Assembly: GCA_965226885.1 (NCBI GenBank)
Contig: CBDDEL010000012.1
Coordinates: forward strand, 352,001 to 416,000
Length of the DNA: 64,000 nt
Source: Opitutales bacterium
GTDB lineage: Bacteria > Verrucomicrobiota > Verrucomicrobiia > Opitutales > UBA2987
Direction of reading: 5' to 3'
Positions within the stretch are counted from its first letter, which is position 1. Each line of letters starts with the position of its first letter. Of the stretch, positions 32,216-41,667 are shown piece by piece. The notes beneath the pieces were generated by a model. That model saw only the letters and a program-made list of their open reading frames with translations. It searched no databases and had not been told where the DNA came from. A program made the position numbers and the translations under genes.

Positions 32216-32970
32216 CCAGATCGTTCGGTCTCAATGGAGCCTTCTAGGAACCGCGCCTCGATTCGCGTTTCGACGACTTGGTCATTCAGCATCTCGACGC
32301 GGTAGGCAGCCGCTTCTACCCTTGAACTCACAACCTCCACCAGATCTGTTCCTTGAAAGTGGAGGGCAGCTCCGTCATCAGCTGCATACCCCCATTGTAG
32401 CCCTTCCAGAATCAATCGATGATATGTGGGGCGGCGCTCTTCCTCGCCGTCGTAGTGTGGGCATGCCGTAGCGTCAATAAGCCCTAAACCGTCGGTCAGG
32501 CCATCAAGATCTCCGTAAGAGTCCGTAACCCCGCCCCGGAACCAGCAGATCATGCCAGCGCTCACTCCGCACAGTATTGCGCCGCGTGACCATGCGTCAC
32601 GGAGCAACTTGTCCAAGCCATGAGCCCGCCACATTGCAAGTAGGTTCGCAGTGTTTCCACCCCCGACATGGATTATGTCCTGGGCACTGATAAAGTCGGC
32701 CAGATCTAATCTACGCGACGGTTGCCTGGGAAGAGAAGGTGGGTCAAAGAGCGTCAGATCGGTGGGTATGGCACGCCCGCTAAAGGCACGATAGAACTTT
32801 GCAATGTATGCAGCCGAATCGGCGCTGGCGGTAGGAACGAAACATACCTTTGCAGGTTGATGTACCGAGAGTGACAGAATGAAGGAATCGAGGAGCGGGT
32901 CATCCGGCTCCATGGAGAAGCCGCCGCCCCCCAATGCGACGATATGCCCTGGATTTGTTATCGAAGTCAT
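32185..32970 (-). CDS. Peptidase E / S51 family (cassette gene)
   Basis: GGGGFSME, PTASAD, VGGGNT, GVSAG nucleophile, CPHYD. Confidence 0.88.
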   Translation of the reverse strand: MTSITNPGHIVALGGGGFSMEPDDPLLDSFILSLSVHQPAKVCFVPTASADSAAYIAKFYRAFSGRAIPTDLTLFDPPSLPRQPSRRLDLADFISAQDIIHVGGGNTANLLAMWRAHGLDKLLRDAWSRGAILCGVSAGMICWFRGGVTDSYGDLDGLTDGLGLIDATACPHYDGEEERRPTYHRLILEGLQWGYAADDGAALHFQGTDLVEVVSSRVEAAAYRVEMLNDQVVETRIEARFLEGSIETERSGPNKRMESNG

Positions 32971-33156
32971 TCTGTTGCTGAAGGTCGGTCCAAGACTTGT
33001 TTACATTTACGCCTAACTATACATAGGCGGTAAATATGCCGCGAAAATTAAGTATATTATTCTTACGTCCGATATTTTCAAGAATATTTGTAATTCTTTG
33101 ACGAACAACAGGATCGCAGTGTGTTTCTTGAAGTGGAACAACGAATTGAAAATCGG

Positions 33157-34179
33157 TCAGCCTCCGATATAGGACATTTCTACTTTGTGGGGGTGGAGGT
33201 GCTTTTTGAGGATTTCGGTGCGTAGTTCCGAGTAGCGGTCGTGGCGGTTTTCCCAGATGGCGCGCAGGGTCTCGCGGATGTCTTTGTCGGATTCGCCGTT
33301 GCGGAGGATTTCGCGCAGGTCCCAGCCTTCGTTGGCGAAAAGGCAGGTGTATAGTTTGCCGTCGGCGGATAAGCGGGCACGAACGCAGTTTTCGCAAAAG
33401 GGCTGGGTGACCGAGGCAATGACGCCGATTTCCACCTCCGTGCCGGTGTAGCGGTAGCGGCGGGCCACCTCCCCGCGGTAGTTCGGATTGAGGGGTTCCA
33501 GAGCAAATTCGGTCTGGATGAGTTCGACAATCCGGCGAGAGGGAAAGACCTTTTCCATTTTCCAGCCGTTGAGGTTACCCACGTCCATGAATTCAATAAA
33601 TCGCAGGGTATGGCCGCTTTGTTTAAAAAACCGGGCCATTGGCAGAATCTCTTTCTCGTTGACGCCTTTTTGCACCACCATGTTGATTTTGATGGCTAAA
33701 CCCGCCGCTGCGGCAGCCTCAATGCCTTTTAAAACGGTTTCCACCTGCACATTGCGGCCGTTCATCTTCTGGAAACAGTTGTTGTCGAGGGCGTCCAGGC
33801 TTATCGTAATGCGCCCCATACCGGCATTTTTAAGACGCTCCGCAAATCTTGGCAGGAGCACCCCGTTGGTGGTCAGCGCGAGGTCGTCAATCCTCGGAAT
33901 ATCGATCAGCATCTTAATCAATTGGTCGAGGTCTTTGCGGAGCAGGGGCTCCCCGCCGGTGAGGCGGATTTTGTGCACGCCCAAGTCGGCGGCGATTCGG
34001 GTCAAACGTGTAATTTCCTCGAAATTGAGCAACTCGTCCCGTTTCAAAAAAGCGTATTGGCTGCCGAAAACCTCGGCAGGCATGCAATAGGGGCAGCGGA
34101 AATTGCACTGGTCGATAACCGATATGCGCAAGTCCTTTAGTGGCCTCTTGAGAGTGTCGATCGGGTAATCCATAATCAC
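33157..34179 (-). CDS. moaA: GTP 3',8-cyclase (radical SAM)
   Basis: CNFRCPYC, LTGGEP, FC..C.RARLSADG, MSYIGG. Confidence 0.96.
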   Translation of the reverse strand: MIMDYPIDTLKRPLKDLRISVIDQCNFRCPYCMPAEVFGSQYAFLKRDELLNFEEITRLTRIAADLGVHKIRLTGGEPLLRKDLDQLIKMLIDIPRIDDLALTTNGVLLPRFAERLKNAGMGRITISLDALDNNCFQKMNGRNVQVETVLKGIEAAAAAGLAIKINMVVQKGVNEKEILPMARFFKQSGHTLRFIEFMDVGNLNGWKMEKVFPSRRIVELIQTEFALEPLNPNYRGEVARRYRYTGTEVEIGVIASVTQPFCENCVRARLSADGKLYTCLFANEGWDLREILRNGESDKDIRETLRAIWENRHDRYSELRTEILKKHLHPHKVEMSYIGG

Positions 34180-34289
34180 AAATAGCAGTCCACTTAATAC
34201 AATGCTGCAAAAGTATGCAATTGTCCAGTGCTATAATGAATGGGCCAATAATCGTTGCCCTCCGCTCATTCCCTGTCTTCTATTTTAGC

Positions 34290-35501
34290 ATGTCCTTAAT
34301 CGCTGTCAAAGAGGCCGCCCTTATCATTGAGGAAGCCATTGAAATCCTACCCACGGTGGAAGTTTCCCTGGTGGATTCCATCGGCCGGGCGCTGCGCCAG
34401 CCGGTGCGGGCCGACCGGGAGGTGCCTCCGTATGATCGGGTCATGATGGATGGGATCGCTTTTAGCTACCGGGATTGGCAGAATGGGGTGCGCCAATTTT
34501 CCATTGCCGGAACGCAGGGGGCGGGTTCGCCCCCGAAAACTCTTTCCGGTTCCGGAAACTGTTTCGAGATCATGACCGGTTCGGTTCTGGCAAACGGCTG
34601 CGATTGCGTGGCGCCCTATGAAGAAGTCGAAATCAACGAGGGCAAAGCGCAAATAATCGATGGATTTACGCCACAGCCGGGTCGATTTATTCACAAAACG
34701 GGCTCCGATTATCCATCCGGGGCAACCCTGTTGCGGCCGGGCTGTCGGTTGACTTCACGGCAAGTCGCGGTGGCCGCATCCAGCGGCTGCGCTCATTTGA
34801 GGGTAACCCGGCTTCCCAAAATCAGCCTTATCTCCACCGGCGATGAACTGGTGGAAATCGACCAGCTGGTGGAGCGGCATCAAATCCGCACCTCCAATGC
34901 CTATTCGCTACAAGCAGGACTGGCCGCTTTGGGGATTTCCACCGTCAACCGCTGTCATCTCAACGATAGGCCCGAGGAACTGGAAAAAAAGCTGGCTAGT
35001 CTTCTGGAAGATTTCGATGTGCTCATTCTGAGCGGAGGCGTCTCCAAGGGCCGCTACGATTATGTTCCGGAAATTCTGCAAAAACTGGGTGTTAAAAAGC
35101 TTTTTCACGGCGTCGCCCAGCGGCCCGGCAAACCCTTTTGGTTCGGAGTTAAAGAGGGAGGGCCTCCCGTATTTGCCCTTCCCGGCAATCCCCTTTCCAC
35201 CCTGGTTTGCTTTCATCGGTTCGTCGTTCCTGCTCTTCAGAAAATGCTCGGTTTGTTGCCGCCGCAACCGCTTTGGGCTGCTCTGACCGAGCCTTTTGAC
35301 TTTAAGCGGCCCATGACATTTTTCCTGCCGGTAATAACAGAAAGCCGAACGAATGGACTCCTATCCGCCACTCCGCGACCCGTCAGCAATTCCGGGGATT
35401 ACGCCTCCATCGTCGAAACTTCGGGATTTGTGGAACTGCCCGGTGGGGATTTGAACGATTTTCCTACTGGATATGTTGCAAAGTATTTTGGATGGATATA
35501 A
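34290..35501 (+). CDS. moeA: Molybdopterin molybdenumtransferase
   Basis: PPYDR..MDG, IMTG, STGDEL, SGGVSKG, ALPGNP. Confidence 0.94.
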   Translation: MSLIAVKEAALIIEEAIEILPTVEVSLVDSIGRALRQPVRADREVPPYDRVMMDGIAFSYRDWQNGVRQFSIAGTQGAGSPPKTLSGSGNCFEIMTGSVLANGCDCVAPYEEVEINEGKAQIIDGFTPQPGRFIHKTGSDYPSGATLLRPGCRLTSRQVAVAASSGCAHLRVTRLPKISLISTGDELVEIDQLVERHQIRTSNAYSLQAGLAALGISTVNRCHLNDRPEELEKKLASLLEDFDVLILSGGVSKGRYDYVPEILQKLGVKKLFHGVAQRPGKPFWFGVKEGGPPVFALPGNPLSTLVCFHRFVVPALQKMLGLLPPQPLWAALTEPFDFKRPMTFFLPVITESRTNGLLSATPRPVSNSGDYASIVETSGFVELPGGDLNDFPTGYVAKYFGWI

Positions 35502-35515
35502 GATACTAAAACAAA

Positions 35516-35992
35516 ATGACCAGCCTATCCCACATCAATCCCGATAATCAACCAGAGATGGTCGATGTCGGCTCAAAATCGATTACCCAGCGCGAAGCCC
35601 ACGCGCGGGCCATCGTTTTGCTGAACGGTGAAATCATGGAGCAGCTCATCGGCGGTGAACTCATGAGCAAAAAGGGGCCCGTTTTCCAAACCGCAAACAT
35701 TGCCGGAATCATGGCCGCAAAAAAGACCCACGAGCTCATTCCATTATGCCATCCGGTGGTTATCGAAGATTGTAAAATTCAAATCCGGCCCGCGGACGAC
35801 AACCGGGTGGTCATCGATTGCACAACCAAGGCCACCCACAAAACGGGCGTCGAAATGGAAGCCCTGACGGGAGCTGCGGCGGCCGCCCTGACCATCTACG
35901 ACATGTGCAAGTCCGTCTCCAAGGAAATCGTTATCGAAAACGTCCGACTGATAAAAAAGACGGGCGGAAAAAGCGATTTCGAAGCCGTTTAA
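35516..35992 (+). CDS. moaC: Cyclic pyranopterin monophosphate synthase
   Basis: MVDVG, LIPLCH, TGVEMEAL, YDMCK, KTGGKS. Confidence 0.96.
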   Translation: MTSLSHINPDNQPEMVDVGSKSITQREAHARAIVLLNGEIMEQLIGGELMSKKGPVFQTANIAGIMAAKKTHELIPLCHPVVIEDCKIQIRPADDNRVVIDCTTKATHKTGVEMEALTGAAAAALTIYDMCKSVSKEIVIENVRLIKKTGGKSDFEAV

Positions 35993-36000
35993 ATTTCGAG

Positions 36001-36627
36001 ATGGCGCCCACCTCCAACCACGACATTTACGGGCTCGTTCTGGCGGGAGGGCGCAGCGCCCGCATGGGCAAGGACAAGGCCGGGCTTCGCTATGGCGGGA
36101 GGACCCAACTGGAAAACGCCTTGGATCTTGCAAAAAATGTATGCGCCAAGGTTTTTCTTTCCCTGCGGAAGGGGCAGCCCGCGCCCATGGAGGCGGAAAA
36201 TACGGAGGTCAACCTTACCATTCTGCGAGACAGGTGGGAGAACATCGGCCCTCTCGGAGGCATTATAACCGCCCTCGAAAAGCACCCCGATCATCCCTGG
36301 CTGGGCATGGCCGTGGACCTTCCTTTCCTTGACGCGAACACCTTGGCCCACTTGATTACAAACCGTAATCGCAAGCGGCCCTTCACCGCATACAGGAGCA
36401 ACTTTGACGGCCTCCCGGAGCCTCTCTGTGCCCTCTACGAACCGATGGCTTTGTCGATATTGCACCAATTTTCCACAGAAAAACAGATGCATTGTCCGCG
36501 CAAGATAATGATGCGTTCCAATACCCGGCTGCTGGCGCTTCCCCATGAACGCGCCCTTGACAATATCAACACGCCTGACGATTACAGGGAGGCCTTGCAG
36601 ATTCTAAAAACTTCCATCAAATCATGA
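36001..36627 (+). CDS. mobA: Molybdenum cofactor guanylyltransferase
   Basis: LAGGRSARMGKDK, GPLGG, DLPF, EPL.A.Y, NINTP. Confidence 0.92.
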   Translation: MAPTSNHDIYGLVLAGGRSARMGKDKAGLRYGGRTQLENALDLAKNVCAKVFLSLRKGQPAPMEAENTEVNLTILRDRWENIGPLGGIITALEKHPDHPWLGMAVDLPFLDANTLAHLITNRNRKRPFTAYRSNFDGLPEPLCALYEPMALSILHQFSTEKQMHCPRKIMMRSNTRLLALPHERALDNINTPDDYREALQILKTSIKS

Positions 36628-36878
36628 TTACAGAGCCAAAAAAGGTTTCCCTGCTGTATTTTGCCTTACTGCGTGAACAAAGAGGCCTTGACTCGGAGAA
36701 TCGCGCCACCGAGGCAGCCACCACGGGCGAGCTTTATGATGATTTAAAAAAAGAATACGGTTTTTCTTTAGCCCGCGCGGATTTGCGCGTTTCTATAAAT
36801 GGCGATTTCGTGGATTTCGACAGGCCCATTAATGAAGGTGACGAAATTGTATTCCTTCCGCCCGTGGCCGGGGGTTGA
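36624..36878 (+). CDS. moaD: Molybdopterin synthase sulfur carrier
   Basis: YFALLRE...PPVAGG C-terminus. Confidence 0.94.
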   Translation: MITEPKKVSLLYFALLREQRGLDSENRATEAATTGELYDDLKKEYGFSLARADLRVSINGDFVDFDRPINEGDEIVFLPPVAGG

Positions 36879-36922
36879 AGGGTTGATCTGAATACCTAGA
36901 AAATGAAAGAACTTCCTCAGCC

Positions 36923-38305
36923 ATGAATACAAGTCCGGGAAATGCCGTAACCATCCGTTTGAAACTCGACCATCGCGCCGGAGTGCTGGCCAGCGCAACA
37001 GCCGTAATTGGAAAATGCGGCGGAAATATCGGAGCCATCGACATCATACGAATTGAAGAGGGCAAAATCGTTCGCGATATCACCGTGGACACCTCGGGAG
37101 CCGAGCATAGCGAGGAGATCGCCAAAGCCCTCAGCCAGGTCGAAGGACTGGAAGTAGTCCATGTCACGGACCGCACGTTTCTCATACATCTGGGGGGGAA
37201 AATTGAGGTTTGCAGCAAAATTCCCATTAAGACCCGGGACGAACTTTCGATGGCCTATACGCCCGGCGTGGCACGCGTTTGCATGGCCATCCACGAACAA
37301 CCAGAAAAAGCCAGCAATTTGACCATTAAAAAAAAAACCATTGCGGTGGTCAGCGATGCCACGGCCGTGCTCGGCCTGGGCGACATCGGCCCGCAGGCGG
37401 CCATGCCGGTGATGGAAGGCAAAGCCATGCTTTTCAAGGAATTCGGGGGCGTCGATGCTTTTCCCATCTGCCTGGATACTAAAGACCCGGATGAGATTGT
37501 GGAGACGGTAAAAAACATCGCGCCGGGATTTGGGGGCATCAACCTGGAGGATATATCGGCCCCGCGCTGTTTTCAAATCGAACGACGCCTGATAAAAGAA
37601 CTCGATATTCCGGTTTTCCATGATGATCAGCACGGGACTGCCGTGGTTATGATCGCCGCGCTCATTAATGCGCTCAAGGTGGTGCAAAAGAATATTGCAG
37701 ACCTCCGGGTGGTAGTGGCAGGGATGGGCGCGGCCGGCATTGCCTGCACCGAAATAATGATGTCGCTGGGGGTCGAAAACATTATCGGATGCGACCGCAA
37801 AGGCGCCATTAACGCAGATCGGACCGATTTGAATGAAGAAAAAAGGCGTATGGCGGAAATTACCAATCCCGGACGGGAGAAAGGGACCTTGCAGGAAGTG
37901 TTGCGCGGGGCGGACCTCTTTGTGGGCGTATCGGGCCCCGACCTTTTAACGGTCGAGGATGTCAAAACCATGAACCCCGACCCCATCCTCTTCGCCATGG
38001 CCAATCCAATGCCGGAAATCGCCCCGGAGCTGGCGGAGCCGCATGTTTCTGTAATGGCTACCGGCCGGAGCGATTATCCCAATCAAATAAACAACGTTCT
38101 CTGTTTTCCGGGTATTTTTCGAGGCGTCCTCGACTGTCAAGCGACCAAGATCAACGAAGAGATGAAAATAGCCGCCGCCTATGCCATCGCCTCGGTTGTC
38201 AAAGATGAGAATCTTTCACCCTACTACATCGTGCCCAGTGTATTCGATCGTACCGTGGCCAATGCCGCCGTAAAATCGGGATTGTCGCGCCGTGGCCACC
38301 AATGA
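36923..38305 (+). CDS. NAD(P)-dependent malic enzyme with N-terminal ACT domain
   Basis: YTPGV, GGINLEDI, HDDQHGT, ATGRSDYPNQINN. Confidence 0.93.
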   Translation: MNTSPGNAVTIRLKLDHRAGVLASATAVIGKCGGNIGAIDIIRIEEGKIVRDITVDTSGAEHSEEIAKALSQVEGLEVVHVTDRTFLIHLGGKIEVCSKIPIKTRDELSMAYTPGVARVCMAIHEQPEKASNLTIKKKTIAVVSDATAVLGLGDIGPQAAMPVMEGKAMLFKEFGGVDAFPICLDTKDPDEIVETVKNIAPGFGGINLEDISAPRCFQIERRLIKELDIPVFHDDQHGTAVVMIAALINALKVVQKNIADLRVVVAGMGAAGIACTEIMMSLGVENIIGCDRKGAINADRTDLNEEKRRMAEITNPGREKGTLQEVLRGADLFVGVSGPDLLTVEDVKTMNPDPILFAMANPMPEIAPELAEPHVSVMATGRSDYPNQINNVLCFPGIFRGVLDCQATKINEEMKIAAAYAIASVVKDENLSPYYIVPSVFDRTVANAAVKSGLSRRGHQ

Positions 38306-38770
38306 ACGAACCGCAGAACCCAGGATATTCCCATCTTCACTTTATCCGAAGAACCGCTTGAGAATCTAGACCTGAAGGGCCCCCTTCACCGCCGGGACGC
38401 CGGTGGCTGCGTCGAATTTTCAGGAATGGTGAGGAAATTCAATCAAGGCAGAGCCGTTGCCAGTCTGGATTATCAAGCTTATGCCGGACTGGCGGAAAAA
38501 GAGGGCGCCCTCATCCTGAAGGAAGCCCGGGAAAAGTTCGACATACTGGACGCCCGCTGTTTTCACCGTAGCGGTCACCTGCAATTGGGAGATATGGCTG
38601 TGTGGGTTGGGGTGGCCTCCGTTCACCGCAAGGACGCCTTTGCCGCCTGCCAGTATATCATGGACGAACTGAAGCAGCGGCTCCCCATCTGGAAAAAAGA
38701 GCATTACAGCGACGGTGATTCCGGTTGGATTCGCTCCGAAGTTCCGCCCAATAAATCCAGCAATCCATAG
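38302..38770 (+). pseudogene. moaE: Molybdopterin synthase catalytic subunit; 5' end probably frameshifted
   Basis: GG.V.F.G.VR, HR.G.L..GD, HR..AF, PIWKKE. The ATG at 38302 joins the frame only if one GAAC of GAACGAAC (38304-38311) is removed. Confidence 0.7.
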
Positions 38771-38803
38771 CCTTATCAATTTCTAGAAACTATTATGACA
38801 AAT

Positions 38804-40134
38804 CACTAGTGTCCAGTTAAGCGGCCAGTCTAAAGTCGTATTTCGTTGATGATGTGTTTGTTGAGTAGCCACATGGATGTGACGCATTTGAAGTTAGCTG
38901 GCGCTTTCCGCACCCTTTTTGAGACTGGGCAGCATGAACGAAGGCCGCCTTGCATTCACGCAGGCGATGGATTTGCTCCATCGCGAACAGTTCGAACGCT
39001 GCGTTAGTCTTTATCCCATGCCAAGAACCAGTCGTAGTTTCAGTGCCCGTGATCAGTTCTTGAGCATGGCCTTTGCGCAAATGACATTCCGTGAGAGTTT
39101 GCGTGACATCGAGGCGTGTCTGCGGGGAAGTCCTCACTTGTATGCGATGGGAATCCGGGGCAATGTGACACGCACGAACTTGGCCTACGCCAACGAGCAT
39201 CGCAACTGGCGCCTTTACGAAGCATTGGCTCAAGTGCTCATCGCCAAGGCGCGCCGTTTGTATGCCCAAGACGCGATTGGATTGAATGTAGACGAGATGG
39301 TTTATGCCCTGGATGCCTCGACCATAGACCTGTGCCTGTCGTTGTTTTCGTGGGCAACATTTCGCCGCACCAAGGCGGCCATCAAACTGCATACGATGAT
39401 GGACTTGCGTGGCTCCATCCCTATATTCATCAGTATTACAGACGCAAGCGTGCATGACGTGAACATCCTTGATGAACTGGCTTTTGAACCCGCAAGCATT
39501 TACGTAATGGATCGTGGTTACGTCGATTTTCAGCGGCTCTTTCGCATCCATTTGGCTGCTGCCTTCTTCGTCACCCGCGCCAAAAGCAATATGAGTTTTT
39601 ACGTTAGTGCTTCCCAACCCGTGGACCGATCCAGCGGAATCAGTTGCGACCAGATCATCGGATTGAAAGTCGCCAAAAGCAAAAGCCAATACCCCGGCAA
39701 GCTCCGGCGCATTCGCTACCGCGATGGCGCAACTGGCCAGAGGCTGGTCTTCCTCACCAACAACTTCACCTTGCCCGCCTTGACTATCGCGGCCATTTAC
39801 AAAAGCCGCTGGCGCATTGAGCTGTTCTGCTGGCGCATTGAGCTGTTCTTTAAGTGGATCAAGCAAAACCTCCGCATCAAGGCTTTCTACGGCACCACCG
39901 AAAACGCCGTGAAGACCCAAATTTGGGTAGCCATATGCGTTTATCTCATGGTCGCCTGTTTGAAAAAAGTGCATGGAGTCACTGAAAGTCTGAGTCGGAT
40001 TCTGCAAGTTTTGAGTGTGAACGTCTTTCAAAAAGATCCTGTATATCAACTACTTGCAAAGTTCGAAACAAGAAAGCCAAACTTAGCATTACACAACCAG
40101 TTGATGCTCAAGGGCTTTTAACTGGACACTAGTG
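38804..40134 (+). mobile_element. IS4-family element, 1331 bp
   Basis: IR CACTAGTGTCCAGTTAA; 9-bp TSD ATGACAAAT (38795-38803, 40135-40143). Confidence 0.94.
38934..40121 (+). CDS. IS4-family transposase (DUF4372 plus DDE)
   Basis: DASTI, HDV, DRGY, Y..RW.IE..FK signature with an in-frame 21-bp duplication at 39808-39849. Confidence 0.92.
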   Translation: MNEGRLAFTQAMDLLHREQFERCVSLYPMPRTSRSFSARDQFLSMAFAQMTFRESLRDIEACLRGSPHLYAMGIRGNVTRTNLAYANEHRNWRLYEALAQVLIAKARRLYAQDAIGLNVDEMVYALDASTIDLCLSLFSWATFRRTKAAIKLHTMMDLRGSIPIFISITDASVHDVNILDELAFEPASIYVMDRGYVDFQRLFRIHLAAAFFVTRAKSNMSFYVSASQPVDRSSGISCDQIIGLKVAKSKSQYPGKLRRIRYRDGATGQRLVFLTNNFTLPALTIAAIYKSRWRIELFCWRIELFFKWIKQNLRIKAFYGTTENAVKTQIWVAICVYLMVACLKKVHGVTESLSRILQVLSVNVFQKDPVYQLLAKFETRKPNLALHNQLMLKGF

Positions 40135-41637
40135 ATGACAAATGAAAAATCCGATATAGGACTCATTGGCCTGGCCGTGATGGGTCAAAACCTCGCTCTT
40201 AACATTGCCGATCACGGTTTCCGGATTTCGGTCTATAACCGGACGACTTCGAAAACCGAAACCTTTGTGGCCGCCAATCCCGATACTCCCGGCGGCATTG
40301 AGGGGACGGATACGCTTGAGGGTTTTGTCCAGTCTCTGGCCCAACCGCGAAAAATCATCATGCTTGTGCAGGCCGGAAAAGCCACCGACGCGGTAATTGA
40401 GGGGCTCGTTCCGCTGCTTGATCCAGACGACATCGTGATTGATGGCGGTAACTCCCAGTGGACCGACACCATTCGCCGGGAAAAGGAATTGCGCGAAAAG
40501 GGCCTCCGTTTTGTCGGATCGGGAGTATCCGGGGGCGAAGAAGGCGCCCGCTACGGTCCCTCACTCATGCCCGGCGGGGCGGTGGAAGCCTGGAATGAAA
40601 TAAAACCCATCTGGCTGGCCATGGCGGCAAAAGTCGATGCCACCACCGGCAAACAGTTGGAGGGGGCGGAACCGGGCAAACCGATTGATGGCGGGGTAGC
40701 CTGCGCCGCCCATATCGGCCCCGATGGAGCGGGTCATTATGTTAAAATGATCCACAACGGTATCGAATACGGCGACATGCAGATGATCTGCGAAGTCTAT
40801 CACCTCATGGACGGGCTTTTAGGCATGGAAGCAGCGGAAATCGGCCAGGTGTTTGCCCGTTGGAACGAGGGGCTCCTTGATTCCTATCTCATTGAAATAA
40901 CGGCCGATATTTTGCAGCAGACGGACCCCGTTACGGGTGGCCCGTTGGTCGATATCGTTCTCGATGCGGCCGGGCAAAAGGGCACCGGCAAGTGGACCAG
41001 CATCAATGCGCTCGATATGGGCATTTGCGCACCCACTATCTCGGAGGCGGTTTTTGCCCGCTGCCTGAGCGCGATCAAAGAAGAGCGAGTGGCCGCCAGC
41101 ACGCTTTTAAAGGGGCCATCCTGTGAATTTACGGAGAACAAGGATGAATTTATCCAAATCCTGCACGACGCTCTCTATTGCTCTAAAATCTGTTCCTACT
41201 CCCAAGGGTTTCAATTGATGGGGGAGGCGCAAAAGGAATATAATTGGACACTGGATTTCGGCCAAATTGCCCAAATCTGGCGAGGCGGCTGCATCATCCG
41301 GGCGGCCTTTTTGCAAAAAATCACGGAGGCTTACGGGCGCGACCCATCATTGGCCAATTTGCTGCTCGATCCTTATTTTATAGACGCCATCGAAAATGCC
41401 CAGTCGAATTGGCGTAGGGCGGTCTCGGCCGCTATCAGCCACGGCATTCCCACACCCACGCTTTCTTCCTCATTGGCTTATTACGATGGCTATCGTAGCG
41501 CCCGCCTGCCACAAAATCTTTTGCAGGGGCAGCGGGATTATTTCGGCGCCCACAGCTATGAGCGCACGGATCATCCGCGCGGAGAGTTTTTCCATATCGA
41601 TTGGCCCCACCCGAATCGGCCGCAATCCGCGGTTTGA
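40135..41637 (+). CDS. gnd: 6-phosphogluconate dehydrogenase, decarboxylating
   Basis: [43 protein letters not shown]. Confidence 0.96.
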   Translation: MTNEKSDIGLIGLAVMGQNLALNIADHGFRISVYNRTTSKTETFVAANPDTPGGIEGTDTLEGFVQSLAQPRKIIMLVQAGKATDAVIEGLVPLLDPDDIVIDGGNSQWTDTIRREKELREKGLRFVGSGVSGGEEGARYGPSLMPGGAVEAWNEIKPIWLAMAAKVDATTGKQLEGAEPGKPIDGGVACAAHIGPDGAGHYVKMIHNGIEYGDMQMICEVYHLMDGLLGMEAAEIGQVFARWNEGLLDSYLIEITADILQQTDPVTGGPLVDIVLDAAGQKGTGKWTSINALDMGICAPTISEAVFARCLSAIKEERVAASTLLKGPSCEFTENKDEFIQILHDALYCSKICSYSQGFQLMGEAQKEYNWTLDFGQIAQIWRGGCIIRAAFLQKITEAYGRDPSLANLLLDPYFIDAIENAQSNWRRAVSAAISHGIPTPTLSSSLAYYDGYRSARLPQNLLQGQRDYFGAHSYERTDHPRGEFFHIDWPHPNRPQSAV

Positions 41638-41667
41638 AAAGGAATGGGGGCGTCCGCCCTCCCCTGC

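Noticed and set aside
38817..40049. 410-aa minus-strand ORF, and similar long antisense ORFs (7869-8810, 12867-13775, 43962-44864, 60399-61367)
   Set aside because: Shadows of clearly identified opposite-strand genes, with no motifs of their own
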